Below, piece after piece: positions 53,349-63,800 of a stretch of DNA of 64,000 nucleotides (positions are counted from its first letter, which is position 1; the number at the start of each line of letters is the position of its first letter). The DNA comes from an uncultured Armatimonadetes bacterium (lineage in GTDB: Bacteria > Armatimonadota > UBA5829). The notes under the pieces are model-generated. The model was not told the origin of the DNA, ran no database searches, and worked only from the letters and a program-made list of their open reading frames with translations. The stretch is from the NCBI GenBank assembly GCA_963711155.1, contig CAVQDB010000003.1, positions 97,358 to 161,357 on the forward strand. The letters run 5' to 3'. A program made the translations under genes and the position numbers.

Positions 53349-53900
53349 CTACAGTTCCAGCACATCGATCTCAAGCGGACCATCATTACGCCCGCTCACG
53401 TATACCCACGCACTTGAATACCGCCAGTGCTCCGGCAGCCAGACCAGACCCTTTCGCACCGGATTGTCGTGCAGATAACCCAGCTTCTGCACAGCAAACG
53501 CTATCGACTCAATCGTCTCCGGGTGCATGCCTGCTTGCCAAACCTTGTAGCTGCCTTCCGGTCTACCGGCCTTGCGTGCGGCATCTCTGAACACCCAATC
53601 GAACAGCCGATTTCCGTCCTCGCATAGCTGCCGCACTATCTCTTTCGCCATGTGCTTGCGCGAGTCTCGGATTATGCCGGACAGGTCGCCTCCCTCCCGG
53701 GCAGCCAGAATCGCGTGCACGTGCGTGAGCATAACGACATACGCGTGCACGAGCAGTCCCTTCTCCGCGCGACAGTACGCCAGACTGTCGGTAACGATCC
53801 GACAGTAGCGCTCCGCTGAGAACACAGGAAGCCATTCCGTCAGCGACCACGTAACGAAATGAGGAGACACGCCTCCCTCGACTATCCTGTAGCCATCCAT
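53349..53900 (-). mobile_element. REP-associated tyrosine transposase (RAYT, IS200/IS605 TnpA-like Y1 HuH transposase)
   Basis: 183 aa with the HVHAIL HuH motif and a C-terminal Y motif, flanked by inverted REP-like hairpins. Confidence 0.65.
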
Positions 53901-53914
53901 CTCTGCTTCCTCAG

Positions 53915-53975
53915 TTCCGGACGGGAATCACAGATTCCCTGATTGCCCCTGCGGGTCAGATTGCAAATCTGACCC
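53915..53975. repeat. REP-like hairpins on the right flank of the RAYT gene, in inverted orientation to the left flank
   Basis: gggaatc aca gattccc, and gggtcagat tgcaa atctgaccc. Confidence 0.6.
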
Positions 53976-54019
53976 GAACCATGAGACTGCAGCCCTGACC
54001 GAACATGAGCCCTCTGCTC

Positions 54020-54135
54020 TTCGGTCTCTGCCCTCAGCTCTTCGCCCTCAGCTCTCCACTCTCCACTCTCAGCTTCGCTCTCCACTCTCCACTCTCAGCT
54101 TCGCTCTCCACTCTCCACTCTCGGCTCTTCGCTCT
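54020..54135. repeat. tandem repeat of about 24 bp (CTCTCCACTCTCAGCTTCG) downstream of hndD-B
   Basis: ctctccactctcagcttcgctctccactctccactctcagcttcgctctccact... Confidence 0.6.
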
Positions 54136-55882
54136 CCACCATCCCTACAGGCCAGGGGGAGCGCGGGGTGTAGTGCGTGTGCAGCAGCTCGTGGGACTTG
54201 TGCGAGTTCGGCTCGCCCAGGAACTCCTCGTAGAGAGCCGTTACGACAGCCGGGTTCTCGTGCGACTTGCGCATCGGCAGGCCCTCGTCCTCGCGGTAGA
54301 TCGCCTCCATTCGAGCCTTGCGGACCTCGTCGGTGGTCGGGATCGGCTGACCGCCTCCTCCCAGACACCCGCCGGGGCAGCACATGATCTCGATGAAGTG
54401 ATAGTCCGCCTTGCCCTCCATGATGAGGTCCATCAGCTTGCGGGCGTTGGACAGGCCGCTTGCGACGGCGACCTTCACGTCCAGATCGCCCACCTTGACG
54501 GTGGCTTCCTTCACGCCTTCGAGCCCGCGCACGGCTTCGAAGTCGACGTTGGCCAGAGTCTCGCCGGTCACCACTTCATATACGGTTCGAAGAGCAGCTT
54601 CCATAACGCCGCCGGTCGCGCCGAAGATGACCGCAGCGCCGGTGGAGATGCCCAGCGGCTCGTCGAACTCCTCGTCGGGCAGGTTCGACGAAGTCCACGC
54701 CCGCCTCGCGCATCATCTGAGCGGCCTCGCGGGTGGTCAGGACCGCGTCAACGTCGGGGATGCCCTCGTTGACCGACATCTCCTCGCGGCCCGCCTCCAG
54801 CTTCTTGGCGGTGCAGGGCATGATCGAGACGCAGTATACATTCTCCGGCTTGACGCCGATCTTCTCCGCGTAGTAGGTCTTTGCGAGCGCGCCGAACATC
54901 TGCTGCGGGACTCTTGCACGTCGAGAGGTTCGGCAGAAGCTCGGGATAGAAGTGCTCGATGAAGTTGATCCAGCCCGGGCTGCACGAGGTGAGCATCGGC
55001 AGCGTGCCGCCGTTCTTGAGCCGACCCAGAAGCTCCGTGCCCTCCTCCATGATCGTCAGGTCGGCGGTGAAGTCGGTGTCGAAGACCTTGTCGAAGCCGA
55101 TCGCCTGAGGCCGGCGACCATCTTCTTCGTGACAAGGCTGCCGGCCGGCATACCGAACTCCTCGCCGATGGCCACGCGGACAGCCGGGGCGGTCTGCACG
55201 ATCACGTGCTTGTCGGGGTCGGCGAGCGCGTCCCAGACCTGCTGGATGTGGCTCTTTTCCGTCAATGCGCCGACCGGACACGCCGTGACGCACTGCCCGC
55301 ACGCGACGCACGCGACCTCGCCAAGCTCCTTCTTCGCCGACGGCGCGATCACGGTGTCGAAACCTCGCTCCACCGGGAACAGCGCGCCCACGGACTGCAC
55401 GTTCTGGCAGACCTCGACGCAGCTCCGGCAGAGGATGCACTTGCTCGAATCGCGCACGATTGCCGGCGAGCTCGTGTCCACTATCTGCGGCGGCATCGCG
55501 CCCGCGAACCGGCTCTCCTGAATGCCCAGCCGCTTGGCAAGCGCCTGAAGCTCGCAGTTGAGCGTTGCGGCGCAGGCGTTGCAGTCCTGCCGGTGCGCGG
55601 AGAGCATCAGCTCGACTACGGTTTTGCGCGCGTTGTGGACGCGGCGGGTGTTGGTGTGGACGACCATGCCGTCGGCCGCCGGGAAGGCGCAGCTCGCCTG
55701 CAGCCCGCCGCGCCGCCCTCGACCTCGACCAGACACACCCGGCACGCGCCGAGCGGCTTGTGGCCTTCCATATAGCACAAGGTGGGAACGTGGACCCCGG
55801 CGGCCTTGGCCGCGTCGAGGACCGTGCTGCCTTTGGGCACGCTCACCTTGATTCCGTCTATTGTAACGTTGATGTTCTCCAT
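54095..55882 (-). pseudogene. hndD: [FeFe]-hydrogenase catalytic subunit HndD/HydA-like, operon B; at least 4 frameshifts
   Basis: N-terminal MENINVTIDGIKVSVPKG..LCYMEGH 2Fe-2S region; 4Fe-4S binding CILCRSCVEVC and CVACGQCVTACP; H-cluster motifs TSCSPGWINFIE, VSIMPCTAKKLE and HFIEIMCCPGGCLGGGGQP. Confidence 0.8.
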
Positions 55883-55902
55883 TACTCGTCCTCTTCGAGC
55901 TT

Positions 55903-57470
55903 TCAGCCCTCAGCCGTCAGCTTCCGGGTCAGTCGGAGTGCTGTCGGATCGTGGACCGTTCCGTTACCGTTGACGCTATCGTACCTGAGTCGCAGCGCAG
56001 GCAGCGGGCGGCTTCCCGCAGGGCCTGCTCGCGGGTGTAGCCAAGATCGACCTCGGTCATTGCCGACGCGCTTCTCGACAGCAAGCAGATTCTCGCACAC
56101 GCGCGGAGTCTCGACGATGTCGTCAACGTCCTCCGGCGCGGGCGGAATCTCGATGTTCGCTGTGTCGATGGCAAGCTCGCCGGTCCCGCCGAGATAGCGG
56201 TCGATCGAGATCGCGGCCTTGATGCCGTCGCCGATCGCGCCGATCACGGTCCACGGGCCGTTGACTACGTCGCCGCCGGCGAACACGCCGTCGGCGCTGG
56301 TCTTCATTGTCGACCCGTCGATCTTGACGGTCCCGCCCTTGCGTTGTCTTGACCGTGTCGCCGAGATACTCGACGTCCGGCTCCTGGCTGAGCGCGGTGA
56401 TGACCGTATCACACCGGCAGATCGAACTCGCTGCCCTCGATGGGCTTGCGGCTTGCGGCGGCCGCTCTTGTCGAACTCGCCCAGTTCGAGAAGCTGGACC
56501 TTGAGGGACTTGAGCTTGCCGTTCTCCCCGATTGCCTCGGTGGGAACGGCGAGGTAGCGAATCTCGATGCCTTCGAGCTCGGCCTCGTGGATCTCCTCGG
56601 GCGCGGCGGGCATGTCCGCCTTGAGGCGGCGATAGAGGATCGTGACCTTCTTGGCGCCTTTGCGAAGGGCGGTGCGCGCGGCGTCGATGGCGGAGTTTCC
56701 GCCGCCGACCACGGCCACTTTCTCGCCGATCTTGATCGTGTTCTTGCCCGAGGTTCACGTCCTTGAGGAACGTGATCGCGTCGTAGACCCCGTCAAGTCC
56801 TCGCCCGGAATGCCCAGGGTCCAGCCCTTGTCGGCGCCGGTCGCGACGAAGACCGCATCGTAGTCTTTCTTGATCTTCTCGAACGATGTCCTTGTCGACC
56901 CGGCTGTTGAGCCTGATCTCAACGCCCGAGCGACTTGATCATCTCGATCTCCGCCGCGATGACGTTGCGCGGCAGACTGATACGGCGGGATCGCCGTAAC
57001 CAGCATTCCGCCCGCCACGCTCTCGGCCTCGAACACGGTCGGCTTGTAGCCCATCCGAGCGAGGTGATACGCGCAGGTCAGACCCGCAGGGCCCGCCGCC
57101 GATGATGGCGACCTTCTTGCCGGCCGCCTTTGACATCGATCGTGCACGGCATCGGAAGCTCACCGCGCTCGGCCTGGTCGGCCGCGAATCGCTTGAGACC
57201 GCGGATCGAGAGCGGCTCGTCGATCTGAGCCCTGCGGCACTTGGCTCTCGCACGGCGCGTTGCAGACGCGGCCGCAGACCGAGACGAACGGGTTGTGGTC
57301 GCGGATCAGCCGCAGCGCGTCGGTGAATCGGCGGTGGCCGATCAGCGCGATATACTTCGGCACGCTCGTTCCGGCCGGGCAGGTGTGAGAGCACGGCGCC
57401 TCGAAGAGCGCGTTGCACACGCACGCCGGGCATTTCTTGTCCCGGATGTGCGCCTCATACTCGTGCGCGG
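55903..57470 (-). pseudogene. GltD-like NAD(P)H-dependent FAD/Fe-S oxidoreductase (NfnB/SudA-like), possibly fused to or immediately downstream of hndC-B; frameshifted
   Basis: CPAGTSVPKYIALIGHRRFTDALRLIRDHNPFVSVCGRVCNAPCE; KKVAIIGGGP..LTCAYHLARMGYKPTVFEA; VVGGGNSAIDAARTALRKGAKKVTILYRR. The boundary with hndC is not resolvable because of the frame changes. Confidence 0.6.
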
Positions 57471-59009
57471 AAGTAGCGGATGGTCGAGAGGACAGGGTTC
57501 GGCGCCGTCTGGCCGAGCCCGCAGAGCGCCGAGTCCCTGATCTGCGTCGCCGAGGTCGATCAGAAGCTCGATGTCGCCCTCCTGACCGAGGCCGTGCGCG
57601 ATGCGATCGAGGATCTCGAGCATGCGCTTGGTGCCGACTCGGCACGGGGTGCACTTGCCGCAGCTTTCGTCCTGGATGAAATCCAGGAAGTAGCGGGCAA
57701 GGTCGACCATGCAGGTGTTCTCGTCCATGACGATCAGACCCGCCGGAACCCATCATCGCGCCGAGTTCCTTGAGCGAGTCGTAGTCCATCGATACGTTCA
57801 GGTGCTCGGCCGGGATGCAGCCGCCGGAAGGTCCGCCGGCCTGCGCGGCCTTGAACTTCTTGCCGTCGCGCACGCCGCCGCCGATGTCGAAGATCAGATC
57901 GCCGAGCGTGCGTGCCCATCGGGACCTCGACGAGACCCGGTGTTGCTGCATTGCGCCGGCGAGCGCGAAGACCTTGGTGCCCTTGCTGCCCTCGGTGCCG
58001 ATCTTGGCGAACTCTTCGGCGCCGTTCAGGATGATCCAGGTGATGTTGGCGTAGGTTTCGACGTTGTTGAGCAGCGTCGGGCTCTCCCAAAGGCCGCGAG
58101 ATCGCGGGGAACGGCGGCCTCGGCCTCGGCTCGCCGCGCTTGCCCTCGATGGAGGCCATCAGCGCGGTCTCCTCGCCGCAGACGAACGCGCCCGCGCCGA
58201 TGCGGATGTCGAGGTCGAACCCGAAACCGGTGCCGAGGATGTCGTGGTTGAGGAAGCCCCACTCGCGGGCCTGCTGGATCGCGCGGGTGAGCCGCTCGAT
58301 AGCCAGCGGATACTCCGCTCGGACGTAGACGTAGCCCTGGTGCGCGCCGATGGCGTAGCCGGCGATGGTCATGGCCTCGATCACGGAGTGCGGGTCGCCC
58401 TCGAGGACGCTGCGGTCCATGAACGCGCCGGGGTCGCCCTCGTCGGCGTTGCAGAGGACGAACTTCTCGATCGCCCTTGCGCGTCCGCGGTGAACTGCCA
58501 TTCAGTGCCGGTGGGGAATCCGCCGCCGCCTCGACCGCGCAGGCCGGAGGCTTCTTGATCTCGTCGATCACCTGCTGCGGCGTCATCTCGCCAAGGCACT
58601 TCGCGAGCGCGCTGTAGCCGTCGCGAGCGATGTATTCCTCGATGTTGCCGGGGTCGATGATGCCGCAGTTGCGCAGCACGATCTTCTTCTGGAGCTTGAA
58701 GAACGGAAGGTCTTCCATCTTGCGGTAGACCTCGTCCTCGCCGGCCTTGTGCATGAACTCCTCGACCACGCGGCCCTTGAGAAGATGCTCTTCGGCGATG
58801 CTTCTTGACGCCCTCGGGGGTCAGCCTCTCGTAGAAGACTCCCTCGGGAACGACCGCCGCACGGGTCCGAGGTTGCACGAACCCATGCAGCCGGTCAGAA
58901 CGACTTTGACCTCGTCTGCAAGGCCAAGTCGGTCGATTTCAGCTTGAAGCGTCTGCGCGACTTCCTCGCAGCCGCAGCTTACGCAGCCCGCGCCCGCGCA
59001 GACAAGCAC
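57470..59009 (-). pseudogene. hndC: NuoF-like subunit HndC/HydB-like, operon B, with an N-terminal thioredoxin-like 2Fe-2S domain; frameshifted
   Basis: MLVCAGAGCVSCG...GCMGSCNLGP; [15 protein letters not shown]; [28 protein letters not shown]; ESCGKCTPCRVGTKRM; [16 protein letters not shown]. Confidence 0.7.
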
Positions 59010-59045
59010 GTGCGCTCTGTAGGTCTGTTGTTCATCTCGCTCATC

Positions 59046-59600
59046 CTATTGTCCCGCCTCGCCGTTCTTGTACTTCGCGATGATCTCGGGGATCTTGTCT
59101 ACCTTGACGCGGCGGTAGATGTCCGGCCCGACGGTCACGACCGGCGCAAGGCCGCACGCGCCCACGCAGCGGTTGATCTCCAGCGAGAACTGCCTGTCTT
59201 CGGTGGTGTCGTTCACGCCGATGCCGAGCTCCTTCTCGAACTTCTCAAGCACCTGCTTGCCGCCGCGGACGTAGCACGCGGTTCCCAGGCACACGCGAAT
59301 GGTGTGCTTGCCGCGCGGGACGGTCGTGAAGAACGAGTAGAAGCTCAGAACGCCGTGGACCTCGCTCAGCGGCACGTCAAGACCCTTGCGCGATGCTGGA
59401 CCTGAGCCTGCTCCGGCAGGTAGCCGAACAGCTCCTGGGCCGCGTGCAGGACCTGGATCAGCGGCCCGCGCACGTCTTTGTGTTTTTCGATGATCTTGTC
59501 CAACTGCTCGTAGAGCTTAGCCTCTTCGGTCTGCGGCTTGTTTCGCCAGCTCCTCGCAGTCGCATGTATGTGTTGCCAAAATGCATTACCTCCTCGCTCC
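59046..59600 (-). pseudogene. hndA: NuoE-like subunit HndA/HydC-like, operon B; N-terminal frameshift
   Basis: HTIRVCLGTACYVRGGKQV...INRCVGACGLAPVVTV, plus the upstream fragment LYEQLDKIIEKHKDVRGPLIQVLH. Confidence 0.65.
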
Positions 59601-59708
59601 GTCGGCCCCCTCAGGGTCGCCGGAGCAGTTCGAAAGTTGAAAGTTGAGAGTTGAAAGTTCGGTACCGAGCTGCGGTCGCTCGACTCTCCGCTCTCGACAC
59701 TCTCCAAC

Positions 59709-60075
59709 TCATTGCACTTTGACGTTACGACCCACTCGCCGACGATGTTGCCGTTGACCAGATGCTGGGCGACGATCTGGCGGGCTTTCTCCGCGTCGAC
59801 ATAGCCGTAGGTGACGGTCTGGTTGTCCTTGATCGACGTCGACGGTCGGCTCCTGCTCGCACAGGCCCTTGCAGCCGGTCTGCGTGACGCGACACGTCGG
59901 TGATACCGCGCTTGTCGAGCTCGTCAAGGATGGCGGTCATGACTTCGCGCGCGCCGGCGGCGATGCCGCAGGTTCCCATCGCGACTACTACCTGTGCGGA
60001 GAACTTGCCCTCGCGGATCTTCATCTGCTCGAGAGCCTTCTCGCGGACTTTCTTCAGATCTTCTAGTGTTTTCAT
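59709..60075 (-). pseudogene. hndB: small thioredoxin-like 2Fe-2S ferredoxin, HndB-like; frameshifted
   Basis: MKTLEDLKKVREKALEQMKIREGKFSAQVVVAMGTCGIAAGAREV..., with the second half (..VTQTGCKGLCEQEPTVDV) in another frame. Confidence 0.55.
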
Positions 60076-60143
60076 TCGGAACTCCTTTAGTTAGCAAGTT
60101 ATCAGTTATCAAAGTTGAAAGTTGAGCTGTCAGCCCTCAGCTT

Positions 60144-60800
60144 TCAGCTATTCGCGTCATTCGCTGTCATTCGCGCCATTCGCTGTTCCGGCACATATTC
60201 CCCTATCCACTTCAGCACTGCGTTCTCGTTGATCGGGACGCCGTCGAGCTGGGTTTTGATCTCGCGGGTGTCGAGAGTGAACTCGCTGGCGTCCACTTGC
60301 TGCCTGTATACAATGTCAATGTCCGGGTTTGCGGCTATCAGGGCGATCAGCGTTGACGCCATGTCGCCTAAGGGCGCGCGGTCGATGTGAGTCAGCCTGA
60401 AACGTCGCCTCGACCGATGTGCCTTTGCCCTGCTCTGACTGCACGGTCAGGTCGCCATCGCACGCTCGCGCGGCTTCGGCGAACATCGGGATGCCCAGGC
60501 CTACCCGGCGGGTCGTGCGGGTGGTTGTGAACGGGTCCCGCACGTTCGCCAAGAAACTCCGGCGACATGCCCTTGCCGTTGTCTCGGATCGCGATCGTGA
60601 GCGTGTCGGCGGCAGTGTCGGCGATCACGTCGATCTCGATCAGCGTCGCGTCGGCGCACTATCGAGTTCTGCGCCAGGTCCAGGATGTGCATCGAGAGCT
60701 CACGCATGGCTCCACTGCTCCGGCCGGCATTCGCGCGCGGCACGCCAGCTGCTGATTCGGCGACGGTCCGATGCTCCATGTGCAACGACGTCCGCCTGCT
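60144..60800 (-). pseudogene. histidine-kinase-like ATPase (HATPase_c; anti-sigma/Ser-Thr kinase-like), Hfs-type regulator; frameshifted
   Basis: IRDNGKGMSPEF, QGKGTSVEATF and an N-box-like segment are spread over three ORFs. Confidence 0.5.
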
Positions 60801-61014
60801 CGCCTATCGCGGCTCAGCCAGTGCGCATCGGAGTTGCACAGGATCGCGCGGTCTGCCGATGCTTGGGTAGGTCGCTCGGGCCTCCTGCGGCGTCAGATTG
60901 CGCGAGATCTCGACCGCGGGGAAGTCCGGCTCGTCCGGCACCATCCCCAGCACGTCGCAAATCCCGGTTCCAGGTCTGTCAATGTGCGATGGGATCAGAA
61001 TCCCGTTCAGATCT

Positions 61015-61458
61015 TCAACCCGCTCCCAGATCTCGATCGATGCTCAGTCGAGGTCGGGAGCGCGAGATGCCTTTCGCAATAGCCCACGAACTCGTCGCGG
61101 CGAGTCCACGATCATCTGCTCCTGTGCAGAGCTTCGCCGACGGGCAGGCTCCGGCATGCTCTGCGTAGACCAGATCCTGCAGCCCATGCGCCTGATCGAT
61201 CTCGTCGAACAGGCAGAGCAGGTGCACGCCCTCCACCGACTGCACCTCCAGCCCCGGCAGGACTCTCACGCCACTGTCTTCAGCGGCCTCGATCACCGCG
61301 CCCGCGTTCTCGCAGGAGTTGTGATCGGCGATCGCGATAATATCCAACCCCGCCCGCGCCGCCGCCTCGATGATCAGCGAGGGGATCATCTCGATCTCCC
61401 CGCAGGGCGAGAGCAGAGTGTGAATGTGCAGGTCGGCTTCGTACCTCTGGACGGTCAC
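61015..61458 (-). CDS. PHP-domain phosphoesterase
   Basis: EADLHIHTLLSPCGEI...IIAIADHNSCENAG...VLPGLEV. The longer ORF-track N-terminus runs through palindrome copies and is unlikely to be real. Confidence 0.6.
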   Translation of the reverse strand: MTVQRYEADLHIHTLLSPCGEIEMIPSLIIEAAARAGLDIIAIADHNSCENAGAVIEAAEDSGVRVLPGLEVQSVEGVHLLCLFDEIDQAHGLQDLVYAEHAGACPSAKLCTGADDRGLAATSSWAIAKGISRSRPRLSIDRDLGAG

Positions 61459-61582
61459 GCCCTCACGCCAACCCTCTCCCCGAGAGGTAGGTTGTGCCCG
61501 CACTCCAGGCTGATGCTGAAACAAGTTCGGCATGACATGCCTCACGCGATGCTGAACAGTTCAGCATGACGTGATTCCAAGC

Positions 61583-61850
61583 TCATACATCCTGCCGACG
61601 AGTCTCGTAGAGCGTCATATCGGTTGTATATAAAGGAACGTTTTCCTCGATTGCTTTCTCGAGGGTGCCCGGGTCGGGTTCTATGCCGCCGGCGATTACT
61701 ACTCCCGCAAGATTCAGCATCACCGCCACGCCGATGATGTTGGTGTGCTTGTGGTTGGTCACCCACAGCGTGCCGTTCTTCGCCTTCGCGAGCACATCGC
61801 TGAGCAGGTCGGACGCGTAGCCGCGACGTGACTTCGACATCGGCCGTCGA
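61583..61850 (-). CDS. DRTGG domain protein; its N-terminus may extend, frame unclear
   Basis: LWVTNHKHTNIIGVAVMLNLAGVVIAGGIEPDP..VPLYTTD. Confidence 0.45.
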
Positions 61851-63301
61851 GCTTCAGTCTTTGGCTTTCAGGCCCAGGCTTCTGGGCTATGCTCTCCAAT
61901 AGCATTGTCTTCCGCCGGTTTCTTGTCTGTATGTCCCATCGCGGGCGGGACCTTCTCTGATAAGCTCGCAACATCTCGCCCGCAAGCTGCCGGACGCTCT
62001 CGCGGAGCTTGAAAACGCAGTCCATCTCGGTTGCCAGCCCGCGAACCACGTCCTCCGCCAGCGCCTGGCAGTTCGGCGCGCCGCAGCTTCCGCAGTCCAG
62101 GCCGGGCAGCGATTCGAGAATCTGCTCCATCTGCTCCATCTTGCGCATGGCAATGGCCATGTCGTCGTCGAGCTTGAGCGTCGGCCGCGGCTCGATGGGC
62201 TCGATCGTGCTTGAACCAGTCCGGGTTCGCTGGCTTCGACTTCCGGCAGTCAGCTTGTCGCGCTCGGCGAGCTCGTGCCTCGCTCGGGTTCGTCCTGTCG
62301 CAAGAAGCCTGATGCGCCTGCGGGTGATGAACGGGTTCTCGACCGTCAGCACACCGCCCACGCAGCCGCCGACGCACGCCTGGGCCTCGATATAGTCTAT
62401 ATCCGAGAGCTTGCCGCGCTCCACGTCCTCAAGAATCTGAATAACGCTGTGGATGCCGTCGACCGCGATCTGCCTTCCGCCGCCGATGCTCTGGTTCTCG
62501 CCGCCGGAACGCGCCCAGCCGACGCCCAGGCCGGTGCCGCGATGCAGGTCCTTTGTCAGCCGTTCGATCTCCGCCGGGTCGCGCGACGCAGCTTCTCGCG
62601 CAGGAGCGGGTAGACCTCGGCAATCGGGATCGCGCCGGTGATGATCGCGTCCTCATAGCCGGCGGGCTCGTTGATCGCGCTGACCTTGCCCGGGCACGGC
62701 GTTATGAACCACATCCCGATGCGCTCCTCGGGATGTCGAACTCCTTGCTGCACCTGCGGCTTCGCGATCTTGGCCGCCGCGCGCATCGGAGAGATGATCG
62801 GCAGCACGTGCTCGACGAGGTTCGGGAAGCGTACCTGGATCAGCCTGACCACCGCCGGGCACGCCGAGATGATCAGCGGCCGATCCGCGCTCGACGTTTC
62901 TATCGCCTCGCGGATCTTCTCGCCGACCAGGTCCGCGCCGAACGCGACGTCAACGACGTAGTCGAACCCGATCGCGCGCAGCGTCGCAAGAACCTGCTCC
63001 GGGCCGGGTTCCCTCACGGAACTGGCTGTAGATCGCGGGCGCGGGCAGCGCGACGTTGAACTTGAACGTCTGCGAGCCGCTCGAGCGTATCGGCGACGAC
63101 GGTCTTGGCCTGGTTCGGGCAGATGCGCACGCACTCGCCGCAGTCGATGCACCGTGCCTCGATGATGTGAGCCTTGCCGTCACGCACGCGAATGGCCTCG
63201 GTGGGACAGCGCTTGATGCAGTTGACGCACCCCTTGCACTTGTCCTCCAGCAGGTGGACCGAGTGGAAGTATTCGGTTATCTCGGTTTCAAGCATTGGCA
63301 T
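61759..63301 (-). pseudogene. sensory [FeFe]-hydrogenase-like protein (HydS/HfsB-like): N-terminal 4Fe-4S ferredoxin, hydrogenase large-subunit domain, C-terminal Cys4 motif; several frameshifts
   Basis: CKGCVNCIKRCP/CIDCGECVRICP; FDYVVDVAFGADL...IISACPAVV; GLDCGSCGAPNCQALAEDVV. Confidence 0.6.
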
Positions 63302-63351
63302 AACTCATCCGCCGTTGCTTCGGCGCGAAAAACATCCCGAAGCATCGGCTA

Positions 63352-63800
63352 GGCCATCAAGCATTGTCGAAAGTCATCCGGACCGTCGTGCCCACACCTT
63401 TGACGGACTCGATGTGGAGCTCGCTGGAACAGCTCTTCATGTTGGGCAGGCCCATCCCCGCGCCAAATCCCATCTCCCTGTATCGAATCGGGCGCGGTGG
63501 AGAATCCCGGCGTCATCGCCGGTCGATGTCCTCGATGCCCGGCCCTTCGTCCTCGACTGTGACCGCGATCCGCCGCAGGTCGGCGTCGAGCGTGACCGTT
63601 CCGCCGTGCGCGTGGATCACCACGTTCATCTCGGCTTCGTAGCAGGCGACCGCGACGCGCCGACGATCTCCGGCCCCGCGCCGATCTGCTGCAGGATCCT
63701 CTTCACCTTGCTGGAGGCGTCGCCTGCTTTGGCGAAGTCCCCGCCCTGCACGTCAAACGTATAGTGAAGCGATGTCGCCGAACCTGCGTCCATCGGTATC
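63352..63800 (-). pseudogene. second HATPase_c anti-sigma-regulatory-factor-like kinase; frameshift near 63660
   Basis: My own translation of the minus strand gives FDVQGGDFAKAGDASSKVKRILQQIG..., then in the next frame VACYEAEMNVVIHAHGGTVTLD...EDEGPGIEDI...GMGLPNMKSCS. The + ORF 63174..63764 is the antisense artefact. Confidence 0.5.

Noticed and set aside
63174-63764. 196-aa + strand ORF at the window end
   Set aside because: The minus strand at the same position encodes a recognisable HATPase_c anti-sigma-like protein that fits the Hfs-type cluster.
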